This document shows, piece after piece, positions 38,881 to 48,767 of a stretch of 64,000 bases of DNA (positions within the stretch are counted from its first letter, which is position 1; every line of letters starts with the position of its first letter). The DNA lies in the NCBI GenBank assembly GCA_041697335.1, contig JBGUGD010000035.1:32001-96000 (forward strand), given 5' to 3'. The DNA is from Vampirovibrionaceae bacterium NZW_1234 (GTDB lineage Bacteria; Cyanobacteriota; Vampirovibrionia; Vampirovibrionales; JAGQHJ01). The notes beneath the pieces are model-generated. The model did no database searches and had not been told where the DNA came from. It worked only from the letters and a program-made list of their open reading frames with translations. The translations under genes and the position numbers were made by a program.

Positions 38881-39165
38881 ATGCAACAAACCCACCGATC
38901 TCCTTATCCTGACACGTTTTATTACGCGTCTGACGAATATCTTGAACCTGTTGAACGCCAAGGCCTTTTTCGGCGTCCTGTTTTACGTGAACGCATCAGT
39001 AGTCCCCTCCAAACACCCTCTCATGCAAACACACTGACTGAGCGAACCGAACCACTGAGAACCAAATTTATGCTCCAGCATGATGAAATCCCGGAATCCA
39101 CGGATGACTTGCTGGATATGCTTTATGAAGATCGAAGCAACTCTATTACGCTCGGTTCTTATTAA
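38881..39165 (+). CDS. Hypothetical protein
   Basis: ORF upstream of the bolA cluster. Confidence 0.45.
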   Translation: MQQTHRSPYPDTFYYASDEYLEPVERQGLFRRPVLRERISSPLQTPSHANTLTERTEPLRTKFMLQHDEIPESTDDLLDMLYEDRSNSITLGSY

Positions 39166-39260
39166 TCTCTCGTTTCTTTATGAACTGACATCCATTGGCA
39201 TGAGCGCGCTTTCATGTCTATAATCCTGGGATCCCCGATGTTTTTTCCAGGAGATGACTT

Positions 39261-39491
39261 ATGATTACAGAAGCTGAATTCACGGAGCTCCTCACCACTG
39301 CCTTTCCCGATGCGGAAGTGGCTCTGGTCGATACGACGGGCACGCTGGACCATTACCGCCTATGGATTAAATCTGTGGCATTCCAGGGCAAAAACCTGAT
39401 TCAACAACATCAATTGGTGTATCAGGCGTTGGATACTGCCATGAAAGATGGTCGTATCCATGCGGTTGAAATTAAGACCGAAGCCCCGTAA
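39261..39491 (+). CDS. bolA: BolA/IbaG family protein
   Basis: DHY...I.S.AF.GKNLIQQHQLVY.AL......IHA..I.T. Confidence 0.9.
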   Translation: MITEAEFTELLTTAFPDAEVALVDTTGTLDHYRLWIKSVAFQGKNLIQQHQLVYQALDTAMKDGRIHAVEIKTEAP

Positions 39492-39547
39492 AATCTCTAA
39501 TCAGACCGAGGAAACACAATCGTAAAACGACTAAAGGAGATTTACTG

Positions 39548-39883
39548 ATGTCGAATACGCTTCAATCCCTTCAACAAGAAATTCAAGACGAAATCAAACA
39601 AAACGGCATTGTCATCTATGCCAAAGGCACCAAAGAACAGCCCCGTTGTGGTTTTACTGTCGAAACCATCCAGTTTTTCGAGCGCTATGGACGCCCTTAC
39701 GCTGTCATTGACGTGCTGGAGAACATGGAAAAACGTGAAGCCTTGACTCAGATGACCAACTGGCCCACATTGCCTAAAGTATTCATTGGTGGTGAGTTCT
39801 ACGGCGATACCGACATTTTGGATGAAATGGCCGCCAAGGGTGAAATTGAGCCTCTTCTGGCGAAAACCTTTGGTGAAGGCTAG
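39548..39883 (+). CDS. grxD: Monothiol glutaredoxin (Grx4-like)
   Basis: KGT...PRCGFT and WPT.P.VFIGGEF.G. Confidence 0.85.
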   Translation: MSNTLQSLQQEIQDEIKQNGIVIYAKGTKEQPRCGFTVETIQFFERYGRPYAVIDVLENMEKREALTQMTNWPTLPKVFIGGEFYGDTDILDEMAAKGEIEPLLAKTFGEG

Positions 39884-40027
39884 TCAACCTCGTCTGATTT
39901 CTCAAAAACAAACAATGCTTTAAGCCCAAATCAGTGATGGTTTGGGCTTAAAACCGGAGATTAGCTATGTTATAGTGTCAGTACACCTGCTGACAAAATC
40001 GTCCATAATCTCAGGAGATTGCCAACC

Positions 40028-40396
40028 ATGAGTGAAACTGTCACCTATAAAGCCGCTCCACCAGACCTGGTCCAAATTACCGATGTGGCTCTGGCTCAGA
40101 TTCAACAGCTGATGGTGGACGAAAAAGCCAAGTCTGAAACGGTCCAAGGCCTTCGCTTAGGTGTTAAAGGCGGTGGTTGTTCCGGTTTGTCTTATAAAAT
40201 TGCCTTTGACCAGCCTCAACCGAATGACTACCTCTTGGAACGGGACGGTGTCCAAATTTACATCGACCCCAAAAGCGCTATTTACCTCAAAGGCATGACC
40301 GTGGATTACCAGGGTGGCCTGGAAGGTAAAGGTTTTGTGTTTACCAATCCCAACGCCACCAGCACCTGTGGCTGTGGTGAATCCTTCAGCGTTTAG
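40028..40396 (+). CDS. iscA: A-type Fe-S carrier (IscA/HesB)
   Basis: GGGCSG.SY and NPNA...CGCGESF. Confidence 0.9.
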   Translation: MSETVTYKAAPPDLVQITDVALAQIQQLMVDEKAKSETVQGLRLGVKGGGCSGLSYKIAFDQPQPNDYLLERDGVQIYIDPKSAIYLKGMTVDYQGGLEGKGFVFTNPNATSTCGCGESFSV

Positions 40397-40413
40397 TCCG
40401 TCTATCAGCACCC

Positions 40414-42105
40414 ATGACCGCACAAACCGAATCGCTGTCCTCACTGGTAAATTCGGCTCGCAATACAGCCGGTCTGATGCTTCTTGCCGACTACGGTTTA
40501 ATACGAGTGTCCGGGGCCGATGCTGCCGAATTCCTTCACAGTCAATCAACCAGTGATGTTTTGCGCCTAGCAGAGGGTGAGTCTCAAGCCTCGGCCTTGG
40601 TCGATCGTAAAGGCCATCTCCAGGCCAGCCTGACTCTGTATCGTGCCGAGGCGAGTTATTGGATCCTAGCAGAGCAATCCCAGCTTCCCGCTATTCTAGA
40701 GCGCCTTGAGGCCTATCATTTTACCGAAGATGTCCGCTTCGACAGCCAAACTGAGATTTATGACCTGATTGCACTTCAAGGCCCTCAAACCCCTCTGATT
40801 GCCCGAGAGTTAAGCCTTCCCACGGACCCTGCGATAGCTCCCTTTGAATCGGGCTGGGTTTTGAAAAAGTCTCTCACGGGCGATGACGGTCTGATTCTCG
40901 CGCTTAAGAAACCCCATGCAGGCGATTGGTTGGCGCGCCTGACGACCGTTGTTGAGACCCATGGCGGTGTTATGTTAACTCCCGAGGCCTTGGAAACACT
41001 TCGCATTGAAGCAGGGCTCCCACGCTATGGCTTGGATATGAGCATCGAGAACTTACTGCCCGAAACAGGGCTACAACAAACGGCCGTGAGCTACGATAAA
41101 GGCTGTTACACAGGTCAGGAAGTCATTGCGCGCGTGCGAACCTATGGCTCCGTGCAACGCGCCTTGATGGGACTGATCTTTCCTCCAGAAGTCTCGCTTC
41201 CACCCCTCCATAGCGAAATTCTTCTCAACAACCAGCCGATTGGGATCATCAAGAGCAGTACCCTCTCCCCCACATTGGATGCCCCCATTGCACTGGCATA
41301 CCTTTCTCGAGACCACCGGGTTCCCAATAAGATTCTGGAGGTCACCATGGCCGGGCAGCTCTACACCGTCAAAGTGGTCTTTCTTCCTTTCTATACACCA
41401 CTACAAGCAACCGAACGGGGAAAAGCCAAATATGAAGAAGGGTTGCAACGCTTTGGAGAGAACCAGGAAGCCGAGGCCATTGCCCTGTTACGAGAAGCCA
41501 TTGATCTGGATCCCCATCTGGCTGACGCCTATGAAGCGCTTGGTGTCATTTTGTCCCGACACGAGCAGTATGACGAAGCCATTACACTGATGCAGCGCCT
41601 TGCAGAAATTGATCCGGAAGCCATCATGCCTCACACCAACCTGTCCGTGTTCTATATGAAGAAAGGTATGAAAGACGAAGCCGAAATTGAAAAGGCCTTG
41701 GCAACCACCCTGGAATTCAAGAAGGCCCTTGCACAAAAGCAGCAGGAAAAGGCCACTCAACAAGCCAAACAACAGCAACGAGAAGCGCTGGAATCCAAAA
41801 TCGGCATGTTTCAGGAAGTTTTAGAACTTGATCCGGAAGATGCCCTTGCCAATTACAGCCTAGGCAATACCTACCTCCAGTTGGGCCGGAGCGCCGAAGC
41901 CATTGCGCATCTGGAGAGAGCCCTGATGAGTGATCCCAAATACACCGTTGCCTATTTGGCTTTAGGCAAAAGTCTAGAAGCCCAAGGCCAGCTTGATGCC
42001 TCCAAAAGCACTTATGAAAAAGGCATTGAAGTCGCCGCTAAACGAGGTGACTTGATGCCCCTCCAAGAAATGCAGCGACGCCTTCAAGCCATTTCAAATC
42101 AGTAA
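40414..42105 (+). CDS. ygfZ: YgfZ/GcvT-like folate-binding protein fused to C-terminal TPRs
   Basis: KGCYTGQE signature plus multiple TPR-like helical repeats after ~aa 335. Confidence 0.85.
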   Translation: MTAQTESLSSLVNSARNTAGLMLLADYGLIRVSGADAAEFLHSQSTSDVLRLAEGESQASALVDRKGHLQASLTLYRAEASYWILAEQSQLPAILERLEAYHFTEDVRFDSQTEIYDLIALQGPQTPLIARELSLPTDPAIAPFESGWVLKKSLTGDDGLILALKKPHAGDWLARLTTVVETHGGVMLTPEALETLRIEAGLPRYGLDMSIENLLPETGLQQTAVSYDKGCYTGQEVIARVRTYGSVQRALMGLIFPPEVSLPPLHSEILLNNQPIGIIKSSTLSPTLDAPIALAYLSRDHRVPNKILEVTMAGQLYTVKVVFLPFYTPLQATERGKAKYEEGLQRFGENQEAEAIALLREAIDLDPHLADAYEALGVILSRHEQYDEAITLMQRLAEIDPEAIMPHTNLSVFYMKKGMKDEAEIEKALATTLEFKKALAQKQQEKATQQAKQQQREALESKIGMFQEVLELDPEDALANYSLGNTYLQLGRSAEAIAHLERALMSDPKYTVAYLALGKSLEAQGQLDASKSTYEKGIEVAAKRGDLMPLQEMQRRLQAISNQ

Positions 42106-42483
42106 AGACTTCAATTCTTCTAGAGTGGAAAAATAGTACTGGCGTAATACACTGCCATTATGTGGGCTAGAGGGGCCATTCCCCGGCTATCTTTCTTTAC
42201 TTCTTTTACAAGGCTGTTTTCCTGGCAATGCCTAACCTTGGGACCTATATCCGAAGCTAATTTTACAGCAAAACCACAGAACTTATTGATTTCTCCGAGA
42301 GGTTGGCCACCACTGAGAACTTCAACCGGTGTCTTTGGTTATCTTAAATATGTATTAACCCCGTCATAAAATTCCCACATATTGTTTTTATATATATAGT
42401 TGTGTGTGATTCAGTGAGACTTGCCTGCGCCGTGGCACAGGACCGTCTAAACAACCATCCCGCTTTTGTAGTGGGAAGGAGGA

Positions 42484-45400
42484 TTGGCTATGTCTGGTAT
42501 TACTGAGAAATCAACCTTTATCTCAAAGGCTAAAAGCGTGCCGCTAGAGTCTTTAAATGTTTTGGACATCAAACCTTCAGACACTGTCAATCTGATGGAC
42601 TTGCTCAAGAAAAGCAAACCGGATTATTCCAAATATTTTGCAACCGATTTAGGCACTAAAATGCCTGGCACCACAACAAAGCCTCCTGCAAAATCCGAGT
42701 TTTCAGGTAGCTCCTTGAAGGATAGTACTGCTTCCACCGACGGATTACCTAAAATGCTGTCCTTAAAAAAACCGGCACCCAAACCCTTCACACCAAGCAG
42801 TGATCCAGGGGGCACGAATGAACCGGTCATGGTGGATGGAAAACCCATGATCTTGATAAGGAGACCTTGGGTCCAGCCCAAAATGACGGAAGGAAAGGGG
42901 GGAAAACGGCTTGATAAAGATGAAAACATCCCATTCTTACTCGTTCCTCAAGAGATGCCACCTGAGGAGGTTGTAGAATCCTATATTTTACCGGACCTGT
43001 ATCAACGCATCGAAGCCATTCAGGAACGCCGCCGCAACAGTCCATTCGCCAGTACACGGTATAACCTGGCTGAACGTCGTGATTTATTTCGACTGCAGCA
43101 TAGCTATTATATGCTACGAGCCTTTGCACAAAACCCTGAATTCCGAGCCCAGCTTGGCAACAACATAGAAAACCTTTACGAATTCATTCAGGAAGACATG
43201 GACCTACTGAATGATATGAGAAAGCATGAGCCAGAGTATTTTGATATGCGCCCCCAATTGGTACCGGCGATGTTTAAAGGCTACAAGGCGGGCGCATCGG
43301 GAGATTTTATCAAGGATTTGACCCGTGAACTATCCGAATTAAACGGCATTGATGTGAGCTGGGATATTCGAGAAGAACGATTAGTCCCACCGGCAAAAGA
43401 TTTTCGTGGCAGAAATATCGCTTTAGCCATACCAAAACTTGAGGCTCACACAAAAGCGCATGGAAGTATGGAAGGGCTTGTCTTTTCTGAAGCGGACTTC
43501 AGTGAGGTCGATCTATCGACGTTAAATGTGCGTGGGGCTGATTTTTCAAAAGCCTGGGGAGTCGTCTTTAGGGGAACTATTGATGCGGAAAGCCTCTCCG
43601 GCGTGAATTTACGATATAGCCCAGGGTACACCCCACTGGGTTGGAAGCCCGGCGAGAAATACGTGGGTCCTCCAATAGGTGCTCAGTTCAGAGATGCCAA
43701 AATCGTCGGTGATCTCCGTCGCATGACACTTACCGGGGCCCATTTGCACGATGTTAATCTGGATGAGGCCAACCTACAAGGGGCCGACTTTACCGGCTCA
43801 CGTGGTGTTCGCTTCAAAGGCACGTTAGATCCTAAGCGGTTTGAAGGCAGTACGCTTACCGATACCCACTTTGATGAGGCTGTTATTGACGGTGACTTTA
43901 CCCCAGGAACCCGGCTCAACGGAGTTTTCTGGAGCAAAACCAACCTGACCAAAACCAACATGCAAGGCCGGAATCTTGAAGGCAGTGTTTTTGAAGGGAG
44001 CAATGCCAGCGGTGTCAGCTTTGAAAATGCCTGGCTCGATGAAGTCGTCACTGATAGTGCCAATTTCTCAGGTGCCCGCTTCCAGGGTGCCAGCTTCCAA
44101 AAAGCGGTAATGGCCAATACAAATCTCTCCGGCGCCGTCTTCAATGAACGAACCAATTTCCAGGATGCTCAATTTGTACACTGCAACCTGACCAATATTC
44201 AGGCCAAGGGCGTCACCATGCGTGGCGTCATTCTCCATGGCTCGGTCCTCCATGGAGCCCATATGGAGGGCGCCTCGTTGGAAGAGGCGAATTTGTCCAA
44301 TGTACAGCTAGATGGCAGGACCAATTTGCATAAGGCAAATTTGACAGGCGCTATGCTACACGGGCTTCGCGTCACGGATAGCGCCGACAACCGAACCAAT
44401 CTGGCAAAGGCCACCTTAACAGGAGCCAGTCTGCTGGATGCACAACTAGGCCATGCCGATTTATCCGACGCCAACTTGGAAGGCGCCAATTTGCAGGGAG
44501 CAAACCTGAGTCAGGCCGTGCTAACCGGCGCCAAGCTGGATGGCGCCGTCTACGATGACCGAACCCAATTCCCCGGCATCAATAACACCGACCCGGCTGC
44601 TCGGGCTGAATTTGCAAGACGACATAACATGGTTCACATTAACCAACTGGAAATGATGCATCAAGCTGAATCCACCTCGGCCATCAGTGGCCTAATGACC
44701 GAGATGTACAATCGAGTCCGGGATCAGTTTGATACAGTACGTTATTCCAAAGCTATGGAAAAAACGGGCAGAACGTACACTGTCGAACATCGGACACCCC
44801 ATGCCATGTCCATCCAGGTTGACAACATCAGCAAAGAAGTTGAGCAATTGTCCAGAATTTCCCAAGAGGGCTACACTCCAGACTCTCGAACTCGGTTTAA
44901 TACGCAGTTCCATAAGCTATACGGATTCAACCCGGGGGAGCCGTCGGAAGGGTTTCGAAATCTCGTAGGGCATCTCAATAATCTACCCATTAATAGCCAA
45001 GGCGAAATCCGTCAGGAAGATCTCCTTGCCGTGTTCGATAACGATGATGCAATTAACGCTTTCCCAGAAGGCAGCGTGATGCGAGAAACCCTCTCAACCA
45101 TCCGTCAAGCTTTACAGGAAGGACGAGACAGCGCCTCCCGCCGATCCATGATTGCAGGCTTAGCCGCTTTTGTGGCGGTAGGAATAGTTGCTGTTGCAAC
45201 AGGAGGAACAGGTATAGCCCTGGCGGGACCGGTTGTATCGGCTTTAGCCTCTACTGCCAGCCGCGCAGTCAATGGCCGAGGAGACGGCACAGAATTCAGT
45301 GGCAGTGAATTATTGCGCTCTTTTGCTGTTGAAACCGTTGCGGGTTACGTGACTCTTCCTCTGGGTGCAGCAGGACGCTCTATTGGGTCTTTGGCCAGCC

Positions 45401-47217
45401 GTGGCGGTGGCTATGTTCTGGGACGCGTGGGAGGCCGAACCATCGCCACCTTTGCCGCCAACCCAACTGCACAGATGGCTGGACGTTTTCTGGCATCCAC
45501 TGCTGGACACGCCTATAATGGCAGCGCCTTTGCCTTCACCCACACTACGCTAGACGGGCTTAGCCGTGGCGAAAGCCTAAGCAGTTCTCTATCCCGAGGT
45601 CTGCATTCGATGCCAGAAGGCGCCGTTGCCGGTATTTTGATTGGTACCCCCATGCAGGCAGGTCATCGAGGTCTCAGCCGATTGCTAAGACGCGGTAGCG
45701 AACCCACTCCGGAACTTTCGCCTGCAGGCGAAAAGCCTACGGCGAAATTGGCTACCGAGACCACCCCGATAATGGAGCGGTTCACCCTCCCAAAACGCTC
45801 ATCCGCCAAATACATGGAGAAATTCACGGGCAAAGACCTGACAGAACGTCTAGGCGTTAAAGAAAAAATGACGCCAAAAGCCGCCGAAAAGATGATGGAT
45901 CCCAGTCCCGAGAATCCGGTAGTCACGGAGAAAACCCTCTTTAAAAGCAAAGCCAAAGGCACAGTGCCTACCGAGCGTCCAATAGAACTTCACCGCAGCA
46001 GAACAGGATCGGATTCAACAATAACGATTGAACTGCGGGATGCTCGAGGCAATACCCGCCCGGAAGTTATTAACTCGGTTGCTGAAGCCATTGGCGTCTC
46101 TCCTGAGAATATTAACATCCGTGTGGTCCGCCCACATGAGGCTCCTCATACCACGATAAATGCACGTGGCCAAGTGGAAGTTGTTCTCCCAAGAGAAGGC
46201 GTTGGTCGGGTTCGTCTAGTGGAATTGGCCCATGAGATGCATCACGCTCAGCTTGTCAGACAAGCCCAGATTGGGGGGCCTGGCTCTCCTGCAGCCAGAC
46301 GACTCGAGTCTTATCAGCAGGTTGATAACGCCTACCAAAGAACCTGGGAGAGGGCGCAGCATGAGCGCAACACCACTGGTCGCATTTCGGAAGCCACGCA
46401 ACGCGACCTGGATGCTGCTCGATTTGCGTATGAAAACCATCCTGTCGAATTGTCCGCTCGCGCTGCGGAATATCAAGCCCTGGCCAGTGTGGGCCGCCAA
46501 GGCCAACCGGCACTAAACCATGCCGATCGGCTCGTTGCCAAAGCCAATGCCATGGAACAGGTAATGGCAGCAGATACGCCACAAGCCTTTGAAGCCGCAC
46601 TTCGGCAAGCTCGTGATGCAGGCTATAGCGGACCGGAAATCACCCGAATCCGCAGTTTGCGTCCTGATTTAACCTCGACACCTACCGGGGGCCCGCGTAT
46701 TCCACAAAACGCAACAGGTCCGGAAGTTGCTACCCAGTTAAGAGGCACCCTTGTGGAGCCCAGAACCTACGGTGGTGAAAGACTGACAAATACGTTTGTT
46801 GTTCGGGAAGGCAATAATTATCATATTATTCAGCCTGGGACGAATCCGTGTACCGGGCAACCGCATCCCGTCCATACCATTAACGCTTCATTAGTCACAG
46901 CCTCAACGCCGCTTCAAAGCCATGTCAATGCCTATTTAGGTCGTATTCGCCCTACATCCGCCCAGGCTCGAACGTATCTTGAAAGGAGAGGCTATACTCT
47001 TGAAGCAACCGGTGAAACCAGTCATGGTCAACCGATTTACAGAGTGCTACAAAATGGCCGTAACACAGGACGGCGCATTAGCTTTGATGTCGGAAGCGGT
47101 AACAATGCCGGATCCCATGAAGGCGCCATCTGGAAAGATGTTACCCGAGGCACCAGAAGCGACCAACGAGTACCAGTTGATCACAACTTAGATCCGATTG
47201 AAGGCTATTCACTATAA
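42484..47217 (+). CDS. Large multidomain toxin candidate: pentapeptide repeats, hydrophobic Gly/Ala region, HEXXH motif, Ntox21-like C-terminus
   Basis: A(N/D)LxG repeats at ~43470-44560; TM-like segment at ~45150-45240; HEMHH at 46231; C-terminal SHGQPIY...ISFD.....SH.G..WK...R...D.NL..I. Confidence 0.7.
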   Translation: MAMSGITEKSTFISKAKSVPLESLNVLDIKPSDTVNLMDLLKKSKPDYSKYFATDLGTKMPGTTTKPPAKSEFSGSSLKDSTASTDGLPKMLSLKKPAPKPFTPSSDPGGTNEPVMVDGKPMILIRRPWVQPKMTEGKGGKRLDKDENIPFLLVPQEMPPEEVVESYILPDLYQRIEAIQERRRNSPFASTRYNLAERRDLFRLQHSYYMLRAFAQNPEFRAQLGNNIENLYEFIQEDMDLLNDMRKHEPEYFDMRPQLVPAMFKGYKAGASGDFIKDLTRELSELNGIDVSWDIREERLVPPAKDFRGRNIALAIPKLEAHTKAHGSMEGLVFSEADFSEVDLSTLNVRGADFSKAWGVVFRGTIDAESLSGVNLRYSPGYTPLGWKPGEKYVGPPIGAQFRDAKIVGDLRRMTLTGAHLHDVNLDEANLQGADFTGSRGVRFKGTLDPKRFEGSTLTDTHFDEAVIDGDFTPGTRLNGVFWSKTNLTKTNMQGRNLEGSVFEGSNASGVSFENAWLDEVVTDSANFSGARFQGASFQKAVMANTNLSGAVFNERTNFQDAQFVHCNLTNIQAKGVTMRGVILHGSVLHGAHMEGASLEEANLSNVQLDGRTNLHKANLTGAMLHGLRVTDSADNRTNLAKATLTGASLLDAQLGHADLSDANLEGANLQGANLSQAVLTGAKLDGAVYDDRTQFPGINNTDPAARAEFARRHNMVHINQLEMMHQAESTSAISGLMTEMYNRVRDQFDTVRYSKAMEKTGRTYTVEHRTPHAMSIQVDNISKEVEQLSRISQEGYTPDSRTRFNTQFHKLYGFNPGEPSEGFRNLVGHLNNLPINSQGEIRQEDLLAVFDNDDAINAFPEGSVMRETLSTIRQALQEGRDSASRRSMIAGLAAFVAVGIVAVATGGTGIALAGPVVSALASTASRAVNGRGDGTEFSGSELLRSFAVETVAGYVTLPLGAAGRSIGSLASRGGGYVLGRVGGRTIATFAANPTAQMAGRFLASTAGHAYNGSAFAFTHTTLDGLSRGESLSSSLSRGLHSMPEGAVAGILIGTPMQAGHRGLSRLLRRGSEPTPELSPAGEKPTAKLATETTPIMERFTLPKRSSAKYMEKFTGKDLTERLGVKEKMTPKAAEKMMDPSPENPVVTEKTLFKSKAKGTVPTERPIELHRSRTGSDSTITIELRDARGNTRPEVINSVAEAIGVSPENINIRVVRPHEAPHTTINARGQVEVVLPREGVGRVRLVELAHEMHHAQLVRQAQIGGPGSPAARRLESYQQVDNAYQRTWERAQHERNTTGRISEATQRDLDAARFAYENHPVELSARAAEYQALASVGRQGQPALNHADRLVAKANAMEQVMAADTPQAFEAALRQARDAGYSGPEITRIRSLRPDLTSTPTGGPRIPQNATGPEVATQLRGTLVEPRTYGGERLTNTFVVREGNNYHIIQPGTNPCTGQPHPVHTINASLVTASTPLQSHVNAYLGRIRPTSAQARTYLERRGYTLEATGETSHGQPIYRVLQNGRNTGRRISFDVGSGNNAGSHEGAIWKDVTRGTRSDQRVPVDHNLDPIEGYSL

Positions 47218-47242
47218 GCCCTGAGAAAACCGAGTGCGAGGC

Positions 47243-47563
47243 TTACTCTTCGTCCTCGTCTTCGTCGAGTTCCATTTGCTCGACGTAAGCCAAGACGCGT
47301 TCAAACTCGTCTTCGTCTTCGATGGCTTCAAAGACTTGCTCGCCATCTTCTTCGATAATGCGCATGACAACGACTTCTTCGTCGTAGCCTTCTTCCACAT
47401 CAGCGTCGTCTTGTTCGCCCAAGTACAACAAGAGCCCGTACATCTGGCCTTCCACTTCAATCATATCGATCATCTGAAAGCGATGCTCTACACCCTCCTC
47501 GTCGGTGGTAAAAATAACCGGGGCTTCGTCAAAGCCGCTGTTGCCATTCTGGGACGCAGACAT
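47243..47563 (-). CDS. DUF1292 family acidic protein
   Basis: DEEG.E..F.......EG..Y.LL...IEDEDEFERV pattern. Confidence 0.75.
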   Translation of the reverse strand: MSASQNGNSGFDEAPVIFTTDEEGVEHRFQMIDMIEVEGQMYGLLLYLGEQDDADVEEGYDEEVVVMRIIEEDGEQVFEAIEDEDEFERVLAYVEQMELDEDEDEE

Positions 47564-47741
47564 AGGTGCTCCTTTTTGCTGTGTTTTCGTTCAGGGGTGA
47601 TCTACATCGGGAGTGTAACACAAGTTCTCCTCCTTTCAAATGGTCCCAAACCACAACCGGCCCCGTACAATAATAAAAGCCAAAATCGGGTGTAAAAGCA
47701 CCCTTGAGCGATATCCCTAGGAGCCAAAGGTTTCTCTCCCC

Positions 47742-48767
47742 GTGATCGATATCGAAGCCGTTAATCCCGTCAACGTGGGGGCTATGCAACCCCTCTATAC
47801 CAGCTTTCGCAAAATTGCCGAAAGCGATTACGGCTGGCCTCTCAGTGCTATCGACTTTAACGGATTACGACAGATCCTTTTATCGGGCCTGATGAGTGCC
47901 TATTTGATTAAGGATTTTCATCAACAACGCTATATTGGTTTTATGCTCTATCAGGTGGAGCCTTACCGTGCCCTGGAAATAAAAGTCATTTACCTGGACC
48001 AGGACGAGAATGTCAAAGCCATTTTGGACACGCTCTTTCCCAAGTTCCTGGACGATTGCAAGGCCTATAGTGATCACTGGGATGTCATCAGCTACCCGGT
48101 TTTGGGAATCGGCCAAAGCCGCTATGTGCGTTATTTGACTTGGTATGGTCTTAAGCCGGTAGGCCAATCCGTCGTGAACTTTAATATTTTTGATGGCATC
48201 TCCGTCGAGATTTTCAAGAAACAACACTACACCGCACCACCGGAAGGCTATCGCTTTATCTCCTGGGATGATCAATATACGGAAGGGGTCATCGACGTTC
48301 TTAGCGAAGCGTTTGCGACGTCGGTTGATGCATTGTGGGATCCCCGGTTTCGCTCTCGCGACGGGATTCGTCAGGCCCTGGAATTTGTAAAAACTGGGGG
48401 CTACGGAACGTTTTGGCCCTCGTGTAATACCATTCTGTTAAACGACCAAAACCAGGCCGTGGGCGTCTGTTTGCTTAATGTGGTAAGCAAGGATGAAGCC
48501 AATATTCCGCTGATTGGGCTGTTGAAAAGTGAGCGCCGACACAAGCTGGGACGCACCCTCCTTGCCCAGACCGTGGAAAAATGCATCAACGAAGTCTTGG
48601 CAGGCAAGCTCAAAATTCAGAAAATTTCCGCTACCGTGGCAACCGAAAACATTCCGGCTGTTCGCATGTATCGACACACCGGGTTTCAGGAACACCACTG
48701 GTATACTCATATGTATGAAGATCGCAGTGATGTGCTCAATCGCAAGAAAGCAGGTCAATGGTGCTAA
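47742..48767 (+). CDS. Tandem GNAT acetyltransferase
   Basis: C-terminal IGL...ERRHKLGRTLL and N.PA..MY...GF; degenerate N-terminal GNAT domain. Confidence 0.75.
   Translation: MIDIEAVNPVNVGAMQPLYTSFRKIAESDYGWPLSAIDFNGLRQILLSGLMSAYLIKDFHQQRYIGFMLYQVEPYRALEIKVIYLDQDENVKAILDTLFPKFLDDCKAYSDHWDVISYPVLGIGQSRYVRYLTWYGLKPVGQSVVNFNIFDGISVEIFKKQHYTAPPEGYRFISWDDQYTEGVIDVLSEAFATSVDALWDPRFRSRDGIRQALEFVKTGGYGTFWPSCNTILLNDQNQAVGVCLLNVVSKDEANIPLIGLLKSERRHKLGRTLLAQTVEKCINEVLAGKLKIQKISATVATENIPAVRMYRHTGFQEHHWYTHMYEDRSDVLNRKKAGQWC

Noticed and set aside
47234..47695. + strand ORF after the toxin as its immunity gene
   Set aside because: It is the antisense shadow of the DUF1292 gene, with typical reverse-frame composition and no clear RBS.
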